Source of the DNA: Actinomycetota bacterium
GTDB taxonomy: Bacteria > Actinomycetota > Thermoleophilia > Gaiellales > F1-60-MAGs149
Direction: 5' to 3'
DNA: 64,000 nucleotides
Assembly (NCBI GenBank): GCA_009885805.1
Contig: VFJZ01000007.1
Location: 10,059 to 74,058 of the forward strand
Positions 19,274 to 26,921 of this stretch are shown in pieces (within the stretch, counting starts at the first letter, position 1; each line of letters opens with the position of its first letter). The notes beneath the pieces are model-generated. The model was not told where the DNA came from. It did not search any database and saw nothing but the letters and a program-made list of their open reading frames with translations. A program made the position numbers and the translations under genes.

Positions 19274-20797
19274 GTGGCATCTCGTCGTATGCTCGTGAGG
19301 ATGACCGCGCCGTCGAACCACCCGCACGACGATCCGGACCTCGGTCGGCTGACCGAGGCGATCGGTCTCGTTGTCGCCTCGGCCGCCATCGTCGGTGGCA
19401 CCGAGTACCCGGTGATCCGGGGCGCAGGCGTGGTGGCGCTGCTCGGAGGCGCACCGCCGGATGGTGACGACGGCGCCGCCGCGTGGCAGAGCCGTGTGCA
19501 TCCGGCGGACGCAGAAGCCTACCGGATCGCCGTCGAGCGGATGGGCGGCGGTCTGTCCGCCGATGTCGAGTATCGCCTCGTCGGCTACGACGGGATCGTC
19601 CGGACGGTCTGGGATCGGTCGCGCGCGCGCCTTCTCGCGGACGGAACGCTGGTCGTCGACCGGTTCGTCCTCGACCTGACCGGCCGGAGGGACGAGCACG
19701 ATCGGCGCGCGGTCGACCTCCGCGAGGACGTCGGCCGCCTCGAGCGGGCGCTGGCCGAGTCCGATCGGCGGTCACGGATCGACGCGCTCACAGGGGTGTA
19801 CAACCGCATGCACCTGGCCGAGGTGATCGAGTCCGAACTCGGTCGCGGCGCGCGACAGGCGACGACGCCAGGGCTCTTCCTCATCGATCTTGACCATTTC
19901 AAGCGTGTCAATGACACCTTCGGCCACCTCCCCGGCGACGCCGTGCTCGTCCAGGCTGCGGCGCGGATTCGCGACGCCGTTCGACCCTACGACTGCGTCG
20001 CCCGTTTCGGTGGCGAGGAGTTCGCCGTCGTCGTCGCCGCGATCACCGACGACGCGGTCCTGCGGACGATCGGCGAGAACCTCCGGCAGGCGATCGCGGC
20101 CGAGCCGTTCGAGGTCGACGACGCGCTGATCTCCCTGACCGGCTCCGTCGGCTGTGTCCGCGCCGATCGCGATACCTGGACGGCCGACGCGCTGATCGCC
20201 GCCTCGGACCGCGCGCTCTATCACGCCAAGGGCGCCGGTCGGAACCGCGTCCACACCGCGCACGACGTCGACGACACGGCTCCGCCAATGGCCGACGCTG
20301 GCATCGAATTGATCGCCGAGGCGCTCGCGGCCGCGGCCGCGGCTCGCGAACGGCGGCCGCTGGAGCCGGCGCGACTCGCCGCCGAACTGGCCGGCATCGC
20401 GAGTTCTGCGCTTGGCCTCGACCTGCGGGCAACGGCGCGTGCGAGCCTCGCGGCCCTGCTGGCCCACGCCGGACCGGTGCCGCTCGATCCGGCCGAGCGC
20501 CTCTCGCCCGTGCCGGACCGCGTCGCCCTCGCCGACCACGCGTTGACGACGGAGGACCTGGTACGGCGTGTCGCGGGCCTTCAGGAGGTGGCCGCGGTCC
20601 TGCGCCAGCAACACGAACGGTTCGACGGTACGGGCGTGCCCGACGGCCTCGCCGGCACCGACATCTCGATCGAGGCGCGGGTCGTCGCGGTCGCCGTCGC
20701 GGCCGCCGTCTTCGGTGACGACAGCCTCGTGGCGGTGCCCGAGGGGGTTCTCGACCCGGCGGTCGTCGCTGCCCTGCAGGGTGCGATCGCGCCGTAG
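19274..20797 (+). CDS. PAS - GGDEF diguanylate cyclase with a degenerate HD-GYP-like C-terminal domain
   Basis: GGEEF with an I-site ([14 protein letters not shown]). PAS-like segment ([18 protein letters not shown]). The C-terminus [15 protein letters not shown] resembles HHExxDGxGYP, but the upstream HD position reads LLAHAG. Start is uncertain (GTG 19274, or ATG 19289/19301). Confidence 0.8.
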   Translation: MASRRMLVRMTAPSNHPHDDPDLGRLTEAIGLVVASAAIVGGTEYPVIRGAGVVALLGGAPPDGDDGAAAWQSRVHPADAEAYRIAVERMGGGLSADVEYRLVGYDGIVRTVWDRSRARLLADGTLVVDRFVLDLTGRRDEHDRRAVDLREDVGRLERALAESDRRSRIDALTGVYNRMHLAEVIESELGRGARQATTPGLFLIDLDHFKRVNDTFGHLPGDAVLVQAAARIRDAVRPYDCVARFGGEEFAVVVAAITDDAVLRTIGENLRQAIAAEPFEVDDALISLTGSVGCVRADRDTWTADALIAASDRALYHAKGAGRNRVHTAHDVDDTAPPMADAGIELIAEALAAAAAARERRPLEPARLAAELAGIASSALGLDLRATARASLAALLAHAGPVPLDPAERLSPVPDRVALADHALTTEDLVRRVAGLQEVAAVLRQQHERFDGTGVPDGLAGTDISIEARVVAVAVAAAVFGDDSLVAVPEGVLDPAVVAALQGAIAP

Positions 20798-20809
20798 TAG
20801 GATCTCGAC

Positions 20810-21376
20810 ATGGTGACGTCCGCTGCTTCCGGTCTGAAGCGGCACATCCCGAACGCGCTCACGGTCGCGCGGTTGGCCGCGATCCCGGTCTTCGTCGCCC
20901 TGCTGTGGGATACGGACGGCGGCCATTCGGTCGCCGCCGCCTGGGTGTTCGGCGCGGCCTCGGCGACCGACTACCTCGACGGCTGGCTCGCGCGCCGTTA
21001 CCGGCTCGAGTCGCGCTTCGGGCGGCTCGCCGATCCGCTCGCCGACCGGCTCCTGATCGGCGCCGCCGTCCTGCTGCTCTGGAGCGCGGATCGGATTCCA
21101 GCGCTCGTGCCGCTGCTGGTTGTCGGGCGCGACGTGATCCTCCTGTCCGGGCTCTCCTTCGCCGCCGAACGTGGCTACCAGTTGTCCGTGATCTACATCG
21201 GCAAGGCGGCGACGTTCGTCCTCATGACGGCGCTGGCGATGATCATGCTGACGACTCCGGACACCGTCTGGCCGGACGTCCTGCTGTGGGCCGGTATCGC
21301 GATGTCCGTCTACGCCGGCTCGATCTACGTGTACACGGTGGCGCGACGACTCGGTAAACCCTCAAGCTCGGCTTGA
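20810..21376 (+). CDS. pgsA: CDP-alcohol phosphatidyltransferase (PgsA-type)
   Basis: 188 aa. DYLDGWLARRYRLESRFGRLADPLADRL matches D-x2-DG-x2-AR...G-x3-D-x3-D. Multiple TM segments. Confidence 0.85.
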   Translation: MVTSAASGLKRHIPNALTVARLAAIPVFVALLWDTDGGHSVAAAWVFGAASATDYLDGWLARRYRLESRFGRLADPLADRLLIGAAVLLLWSADRIPALVPLLVVGRDVILLSGLSFAAERGYQLSVIYIGKAATFVLMTALAMIMLTTPDTVWPDVLLWAGIAMSVYAGSIYVYTVARRLGKPSSSA

Positions 21377-21401
21377 AGCTTTTCCGGAACGCACCTATAC
21401 T
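21373..21401 (+). promoter_or_regulatory. near-consensus housekeeping-sigma promoter TTGAAG-N17-TATACT
   Basis: -35 at 21373-21378 and -10 at 21396-21401, in an unusually AT-rich patch. The ATG at 21411 is only 9 nt after the -10, implying a leaderless or very short-leader mRNA. Confidence 0.5.
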
Positions 21402-21410
21402 ACGAGGGCA

Positions 21411-21911
21411 ATGGCAGAGCCGACGCTCACGGACGATGAACTCAAGGACCGGATCCGCGCCATCAAGGGCGACGAGGAGCACCTCTCCTACGAGCGCCGG
21501 ATGTTGCACGGGCGGATCGATGTCGTCCGCAGCGAGATCCTCGCTCGCCTGGATCGCCGCGCCGGCACGGCCGAGGCGTCCGAGGACCCCCTCGCCGATC
21601 TCGTCAAGCGTCTGTCCGAAGCCCTGACGCACGCGGGTCCGCCGCCGATCGCCGCCGAGCTGGAACGGTTCGGTGCGGGTGACGACGCGCCGGCGGCCGC
21701 CAGCGTGGACGCGGACGGAGGTCTGGACGATCTCCTGCCCGAGCTGCACCTGCTCGCCGACACCGAACTCGCTGCCCTCGTGCGGTCGCTGACGGCGCAG
21801 GAGCAGCGCACCTCCGCGCGGCGGCAGGAGCTGCATCGCGAGCTCGATCGCTTCCGTGCCCAGCACGTCGCGCGCCTGCAGGAGCGGTTCGCGGCCACCG
21901 GCGGGGAGTAG
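21411..21911 (+). CDS. helical protein with two E-x3-S-x2-R-x3-H-x3-D motifs (RsiG-like anti-sigma candidate)
   Basis: 166 aa. Motif 1 is E22-D37 (EEHLSYERRMLHGRID); motif 2 is E131-D146 (EQRTSARRQELHRELD). They are separated by a Pro/Ala/Asp-rich linker. The gene itself is well supported (promoter, GC3, tight coupling to the FHA gene); the function is inferred. Confidence 0.55.
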   Translation: MAEPTLTDDELKDRIRAIKGDEEHLSYERRMLHGRIDVVRSEILARLDRRAGTAEASEDPLADLVKRLSEALTHAGPPPIAAELERFGAGDDAPAAASVDADGGLDDLLPELHLLADTELAALVRSLTAQEQRTSARRQELHRELDRFRAQHVARLQERFAATGGE

Positions 21912-21913
21912 GC

Positions 21914-22351
21914 ATGTTCTGCTCCGAGTGCGGCTTCCAGAACGGCGAGGCCGTGAACTTCTGCGCCAAGTGCGGCACGATGATGCACGCCGAGGAACCA
22001 GGCGCCTCGACGACGATGAGCTTCTCGGTCGAGGAGATCGCCGCCGCCGAACCGACGGCCGGCCCCGTGCTCGTCATCCGCGCGGGCGGCGGGCGGGCCG
22101 GCGAGCATCTGCCCCTGCAGGCGCCGAAGGAGACGATCGGCCGGTCGCCGGAAGCGGATCTGTTCCTCGACGACGTGACGGTGTCTCGTGAGCACGCCGT
22201 GATCGAACGGACGGCGGACGGTTTCTACCTCCGCGATCTCGGCTCGCTGAACGGCACGTACGTGAATCGCTCGCGGGTCACGCGCCAGCGACTCGCCGAC
22301 GGCGACGAGGTGCAGGTGGGCAAGTTCAAGCTGACCTTTCTGGAGAGCTGA
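21914..22351 (+). CDS. zinc-ribbon + FHA-domain protein (GarA/OdhI-like)
   Basis: N-terminal CSECGF ... CAKCG ribbon and a Thr-rich ASTTMSF segment. FHA core GRSPEADLFLDDVTVSREHAVI ... DLGSLNGTYVN. Confidence 0.8.
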   Translation: MFCSECGFQNGEAVNFCAKCGTMMHAEEPGASTTMSFSVEEIAAAEPTAGPVLVIRAGGGRAGEHLPLQAPKETIGRSPEADLFLDDVTVSREHAVIERTADGFYLRDLGSLNGTYVNRSRVTRQRLADGDEVQVGKFKLTFLES

Positions 22352-23040
22352 TGGCAACGACCGACACCGCGCGGGAACCGAAGCCGCTGACGATCGGTGC
22401 GGTCTGCCGGCTCCTCAAGGAGGAGTTCGGCGACGTCTCGATCTCCAAGATCCGCTTCCTCGAAGATCAGAACCTCGTCACGCCGCGGCGGACCGCCGGC
22501 GGCTATCGCCTGTACGGGCCCGACGATCTCGAACGACTCCGCACGATCCTGCGCCTGCAGCGGGACGAGTTTCTGCCGCTGCGCGTGATCCGGCAGGAGC
22601 TCGTCGCGGGCGCAACCGATCGTTCCGACCGACCGGTGCGTCGCCGCAACGCGATGATCGAGGACCAGCGCAGCCTCGCGCGTGAGGATCTGATGCGCGA
22701 GAGCGGGGCGGACGCCGACTTCGTCCGCGAGCTGGAGGACTTCGGCCTGATCTCGCCGGCGGGCAGCGGTGGCGGTTACGGTGATCTCGAACTCGATGTC
22801 GTGCGCATCGCCCTCCAGCTCGCCGGCTACGGCCTCGGTCCGCGGCATCTGAAGCAGTTCCACACGGCCGTCGTCCGTGCGGCTGGCCTGCTCGACGGCG
22901 TCGTCGCGCCGTCGCTGCGATCGCGCAATGCCGACCGTCGCGAGGCCGGCCTCGAGGACCTCGCGAACCTCTCCCGCCTCGCGGCCGACCTGACCGAGCG
23001 CATCCTGCTGCGCGAGGTCCACGGAGCCTCCGGCGCCTGA
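22351..23040 (+). CDS. MerR-family transcriptional regulator
   Basis: N-terminal HTH (LTIGAVCRLLKEEFGDVSISKIRFLEDQNLVTPRRTAGGYRLY). 1-nt overlap with the FHA gene. Confidence 0.8.
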   Translation: MATTDTAREPKPLTIGAVCRLLKEEFGDVSISKIRFLEDQNLVTPRRTAGGYRLYGPDDLERLRTILRLQRDEFLPLRVIRQELVAGATDRSDRPVRRRNAMIEDQRSLAREDLMRESGADADFVRELEDFGLISPAGSGGGYGDLELDVVRIALQLAGYGLGPRHLKQFHTAVVRAAGLLDGVVAPSLRSRNADRREAGLEDLANLSRLAADLTERILLREVHGASGA

Positions 23041-23795
23041 TGGCGGCCAGGCACGTCGTCGTCACCGGCGCCGGCACCGGCATCGGCCGGGCGATCGCCA
23101 CTCGACTCGCTGCTGACGGCGCCTCGCTGACGCTACTCGGTCGTGATGGCACGCGCCTGGCCGCCGTCGCGTCCGCGCTCGAAGGGGCCGTCGCGATCTC
23201 CTGCGACATCCGTGACCGGGCGGCGGTCGATGCCGCGTTCGACCGGGCCGCGGCGACACATGGGCCGATCGACGCCCTCGTCGCGAACGCGGGTGTCGGT
23301 GGGTCGAACGAGCCGGGCGAGGCCGACCGCTTCGACGACATCGTCGCAACCAATGTCACCGGTACCTACTCGTGCTTACGGGCCGCGCAGCGTCATCTCG
23401 TGGAGGCGCCGTCACCCGGCCACCTCGTCGTCATCTCGTCCGTCCTGGCACGGATCGGCGTGCCCGGCTACACGGCGTACTGCGCGTCGAAGACGGCGCT
23501 CCTTGGCCTCGTCCGCGCTCTCGCCGCCGAGTTGGCGCCGGCGGCCGTCCAGGTGAACGCTATCTGCCCCGGCTGGGTCGACACCGAGATGGCGCGCGAG
23601 GGCATCGCCGCTATCGCAGCCGGCCGCGACATCTCCTACGCCGCGGCGCTTCACGACGCGATGTCGGCCGTCCCGCTCGGGCGGATGTCCGACCCGGCGG
23701 ATGTGGCGGGCGTCGTCGCCTGGCTGCTGTCGCCGGACGCGCGCGGCGTCACCGGCCAGGCGATCGACATCAACGGTGGCGCCTACATGGGCTGA
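23040..23795 (+). CDS. SDR-family oxidoreductase (FabG-like)
   Basis: VVVTGAGTGIGRAIA and YCASK motifs. Overlaps the previous stop. Confidence 0.85.
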   Translation: MAARHVVVTGAGTGIGRAIATRLAADGASLTLLGRDGTRLAAVASALEGAVAISCDIRDRAAVDAAFDRAAATHGPIDALVANAGVGGSNEPGEADRFDDIVATNVTGTYSCLRAAQRHLVEAPSPGHLVVISSVLARIGVPGYTAYCASKTALLGLVRALAAELAPAAVQVNAICPGWVDTEMAREGIAAIAAGRDISYAAALHDAMSAVPLGRMSDPADVAGVVAWLLSPDARGVTGQAIDINGGAYMG

Positions 23796-23829
23796 CCGAC
23801 GACCGGCGCCGGCGCTATCCTTGCCGACC

Positions 23830-24354
23830 GTGGCCGACCTTCGTGCGCTCATCCGCGACGTTCCCGGGTTCCCCAAGCCGGGCATCGTGTTCAAGGACAT
23901 CATGCCGCTCCTCGCCGACGCGGCCGCCCTTCGCCAGACGGTGTCGGAACTGGCGGCGTTCGCGCGGCCGCTCGAGCCGGCGATCATCCTCGGCGCAGAG
24001 GCTCGTGGCTTCATCTTCGGCTCGGCGCTCGCCTACGAGTTGGGAATCGGGTTCGCTGCAGCGCGCAAACCCGGCAAGCTCCCTCACCGGACGATCCGGG
24101 CCACCTACGCTCTCGAGTACGGCACCGACGCGCTGGAGTTGCACGAGGACGCGATCCAGCCCGGGATGCGGGTCCTGATTCACGACGATCTGCTCGCGAC
24201 CGGCGGGACGGCGAAGGCGAAGGTGGATCTCGTCGAGCAACTCGGCGGCGTCGTCGTCGGCGCGGCCTTCGTGATCGAACTCGCGTTCCTCAACGGCCGC
24301 GCGACGATCGCCGACGTGCCCGTGCACAGTCTGATCGCGTACGACGCCGAGTGA
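23830..24354 (+). CDS. apt: adenine phosphoribosyltransferase
   Basis: IRDVPGFPKPGIVFKDIMPLL and the PRPP motif VLIHDDLLATGGTA. Start is GTG 23830 or TTG 23821. Confidence 0.85.
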   Translation: MADLRALIRDVPGFPKPGIVFKDIMPLLADAAALRQTVSELAAFARPLEPAIILGAEARGFIFGSALAYELGIGFAAARKPGKLPHRTIRATYALEYGTDALELHEDAIQPGMRVLIHDDLLATGGTAKAKVDLVEQLGGVVVGAAFVIELAFLNGRATIADVPVHSLIAYDAE

Positions 24355-24794
24355 TCCGGCCGGGCCGGCCGGCGGACGCGGGCGGCATCGGGGCCCTGTT
24401 CGACGCCTACCGAACGGAGCTAGCGGCGGCGGGGCGGCCCGAGCCTCGCGATACCGCGACGTGGCGGCGCTGGCTCGACCGCCGGATCTCCGCCGGCGAC
24501 GTGCGCGTCGTCGTCGAGGAGGAGGATGTCGTCGGTTACATCGCGTGGGCGCTGCGTGCCGCTGTCGACCGCCGCGTGCTGTCAGTGACCGATCTCTACG
24601 TCCTGCCGAGCGAGCGCGGCGTCCGCCACGGCGCCGGGCTCCTCGCGCGCGCTCTCGACCGCGCGCGTGCGGACGGCGTCGCCGAGATCGAGGTCACGGC
24701 GGGCCTGGACGATGACGCCGCCCATGGGCTCGTGCGGTCGTTCGGCTTCGTTGCGGTCGACGGCCGTCTCGTGCTCGCCCTCGACGCAGTCTGA
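24351..24794 (+). CDS. GNAT-family N-acetyltransferase
   Basis: 147 aa. VLPSERGVRHGAGLLARAL acetyl-CoA-binding-type segment. GTGA overlap with apt. Confidence 0.75.
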   Translation: MIRPGRPADAGGIGALFDAYRTELAAAGRPEPRDTATWRRWLDRRISAGDVRVVVEEEDVVGYIAWALRAAVDRRVLSVTDLYVLPSERGVRHGAGLLARALDRARADGVAEIEVTAGLDDDAAHGLVRSFGFVAVDGRLVLALDAV

Positions 24795-24874
24795 GATGTC
24801 GACGGCGCTTGTGCGAAACAGCACCACCGTGCTACGCTGCCATCACATCGATCCGACGGAAGGAGGTGTCGCCG

Positions 24875-25114
24875 ATGGATGTCACCGCACAGATCGCCGA
24901 GGGGCGGTCGCTGCTCGCGAGCGGTGATGTGCGCGCGGCGGCGTGGGTTCTCACCGAGGCCGCCGTGCATGTGCGTGATCCGGAGCTGGCGAGGCAGGTC
25001 CTGGTCCTCGCCGAAGAGGGCCTGTCGCGCGCTGGCCGGTTCTCGAAAGGACAGTGGAAAGAGGTGATGCGGCTTGCGGAGCTGCACGGAGCCGTCCACG
25101 CTCACAGCGCGTAG
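24875..25114 (+). CDS. small helical protein, function unknown
   Basis: ATG at 24875 is preceded by ggaaggagg. 79 aa. 13-nt tail-to-tail overlap with the next gene. Confidence 0.5.
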   Translation: MDVTAQIAEGRSLLASGDVRAAAWVLTEAAVHVRDPELARQVLVLAEEGLSRAGRFSKGQWKEVMRLAELHGAVHAHSA

Positions 25115-25713
25115 CGGTTCCGCTCCTCATCGAAGGCGCCCGACCACAGCTCGTGCGTGAAACGTTCCAGCGACGTCGCCCCGCTTGCCAGCGGTCGGTC
25201 GACGTAGCGCAGCGTCCGGTCGTGGTAGAACGGCTCGTCGAGGTGACGCTGCGAGACCAGGTTGATCGACATGCCACTGCAGCACGCGCACCGCACCGCC
25301 ACCCCGACGAGCCGTTCGTCCGCCGGCTCGAGGCGGGCGAGATGCGATGGGTAGCCGGGGCGGATCTCGTGTTCGCAGGCGCAGTAGAAGGTCCACGGCC
25401 AGTTGCCGCGGCGCAGATGTGACTCGGCGACGTCGGTGAACTCGTCGGCGACCCGTTCGCTGCGGCCGGTGAGGACGTTGACGAACGTGATGTCGCCGTG
25501 CGGCGTGACCGGGCCGCAGTCGAGGTCGTGCTCCGACATCAGCGTCGGGTGCTGGTCGCCGCAGATCGCGCAGACGTAGGCCACGTGGTAGACGGCCGGG
25601 TGCGTGGTGCCCGCGACTCGCTCGACGCTGCGAAACGCCGACAGCGGCCGGTCTTGCTCGGTCCCGGCCTCGGGACAGGTCAAGCGGTAGCGGTTACGCA
25701 GCGGATCGAACAT
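25102..25713 (-). CDS. Cys-rich protein with an internal duplication (putative double zinc-binding module), function unknown
   Basis: ATG at 25713 is preceded by ggaggtgccgcc. 203 aa. Repeated segments VAYVCAICGDQHPTLMSEHDLD and VAVRCACCSGMSINLVSQRHLD. N- and C-terminal RNRY(R/A)L. Confidence 0.6.
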   Translation of the reverse strand: MFDPLRNRYRLTCPEAGTEQDRPLSAFRSVERVAGTTHPAVYHVAYVCAICGDQHPTLMSEHDLDCGPVTPHGDITFVNVLTGRSERVADEFTDVAESHLRRGNWPWTFYCACEHEIRPGYPSHLARLEPADERLVGVAVRCACCSGMSINLVSQRHLDEPFYHDRTLRYVDRPLASGATSLERFTHELWSGAFDEERNRYAL

Positions 25714-25757
25714 GGCGGCACCTCCACTCGTTGTATCGGCGTTCGCGGACGACCAGA

Positions 25758-26600
25758 TTACCCCGCTCGGCGTTCGAGCCACTGGCGGCCGGGCCGTTCC
25801 ACCGACAACGCGACCTGATCGCGACCGTCCCGCTTCGCCCGGTACAGCGCGGCGTCGGCCACCGCGAACAGTTCGTCACTGCTCCGGGCATCCGCCGGAA
25901 ACTCCGCCACGCCGGCCGAGACCGTGGTACCGACGGGGCGGCGGCCACGGCTCGGTACGACCCGTGTCCCCGCCACCGCCTCGCGGATCCGGTCGGCCAG
26001 CCGCCCCGCACTGTCGGCGTCACCCGGCACGAGCACGACCAGTTCCTCGCCGCCGTACCTGGCAGCGATGTCGCTGTCCCGCGTCGCACGCCGCACGACG
26101 ACACCGAACCGCGCCAGCAGATCGTTGCCCGCGGCATGGCCGTAGCGGTCGTTGAACTCCTTGAACCGGTCGAGGTCGAGAATGATCAGCGAGCAGGTGC
26201 CGCCGTAGCGTCGTGTTCTCGCGACCTCGCGCTGGAGCGCGTCGACGAAGAAGGCGTACGTGCGCAGACCGGTGAGGCGGTCCGTGAACGCCTCCCGCTC
26301 GACGCGGTCGGACTCGGTGTCGCGGCGCGACGCGCGGTCGAAGATCGCGACTGCGCCGACGGCGAACGCGACCCGCAGCGGGGTGTCGAGCGGCGCCAGA
26401 CCTGCACCGAAGACGCCGACGAGCAGCCCCGCGACGCCGCCGCCGGAGGCGGCGAACCCGACGCCTGCGGCAACGAGTGCCGCCTGCGCCCTCGGCTCGA
26501 TGGCAGCGGTGAGGTGCGCGGCGACGAGGAGTGCGACCGCCACCCCGATCGTCGCCACGCGGAAGCGCCGTCGTCGCACGGCCAGGCTTGCCACGCCCAA
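25758..26600 (-). CDS. membrane-anchored GGDEF diguanylate cyclase
   Basis: 280 aa with an N-terminal hydrophobic region of about 100 aa. GGEEL active-site variant with an I-site (RDSD-IAARY-GGEEL). DLDRFKEFNDRYGH. Confidence 0.8.
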   Translation of the reverse strand: MGVASLAVRRRRFRVATIGVAVALLVAAHLTAAIEPRAQAALVAAGVGFAASGGGVAGLLVGVFGAGLAPLDTPLRVAFAVGAVAIFDRASRRDTESDRVEREAFTDRLTGLRTYAFFVDALQREVARTRRYGGTCSLIILDLDRFKEFNDRYGHAAGNDLLARFGVVVRRATRDSDIAARYGGEELVVLVPGDADSAGRLADRIREAVAGTRVVPSRGRRPVGTTVSAGVAEFPADARSSDELFAVADAALYRAKRDGRDQVALSVERPGRQWLERRAG

Positions 26601-26636
26601 AGTTGTACCAACGCCGTCGGCTGCCGCTCAGCCGAA

Positions 26637-26867
26637 TCAGAGCAGGCGGAGCGCGATCCGGCCCTCGCTGATCGCGTCGACGACGAGCGTGACCGTTGCG
26701 CCCACCGCGAGGGGTGCGTCGGTCGCGGCGGTGACCTCGACGCCGGCCACGGCGAGCACGGCCCGGCCGCCGTCGACGGCGACGACGCGTGCGCGCAGGC
26801 GCCGGCCCGGGAGCAGGCGCAGCTCACCGCCGCCGCCGTTCACGAGGATTCCCGCCAAGTCGCTCAA
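26637..26867 (-). CDS. 76-aa beta-rich protein, function unknown (upstream of the GGDEF gene, divergent from the flagellar operon)
   Basis: High GC3. TTG start is uncertain. 36 nt upstream of the GGDEF gene on the same strand. No family recognised with confidence. Confidence 0.45.
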   Translation of the reverse strand: MSDLAGILVNGGGGELRLLPGRRLRARVVAVDGGRAVLAVAGVEVTAATDAPLAVGATVTLVVDAISEGRIALRLL

Positions 26868-26890
26868 CTATCTGAAATCCATGCCGATAT
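26864..26890 (+). promoter_or_regulatory. sigma-28 (FliA/SigD/WhiG)-type promoter candidate TCAA-N15-GCCGATAT
   Basis: -10 GCCGATAT at 26883-26890 matches the class consensus GCCGATAA/T. -35 TCAA (3 of 4 versus TAAA) at 26864-26867 with a 15-nt spacer. 31 nt upstream of the first flagellar gene. Confidence 0.5.
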
Positions 26891-26921
26891 CACTTTCAAC
26901 CAGTATGGATCGGAGGACCTC

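Noticed and set aside
17589-19775. Full 728-aa ORF for the acyl-CoA mutase. The same applies to the full ORFs 12217-14058 (amidase), 56438-57934 (methyltransferase), 25731-27653 (rod protein) and 6285-8261 (BKACE).
   Set aside because: The N-terminal extensions are Arg-rich junk or antisense to neighbouring genes. The family-homologous sequence begins at internal starts with better context, so the shorter gene models were used.
24809-24838. TTGTGC-N18-TACGCT as a promoter for the 79-aa ORF.
   Set aside because: It is a plausible but weak hexamer pair with a non-optimal spacer, indistinguishable from chance without TSS data. It is not listed as a feature.
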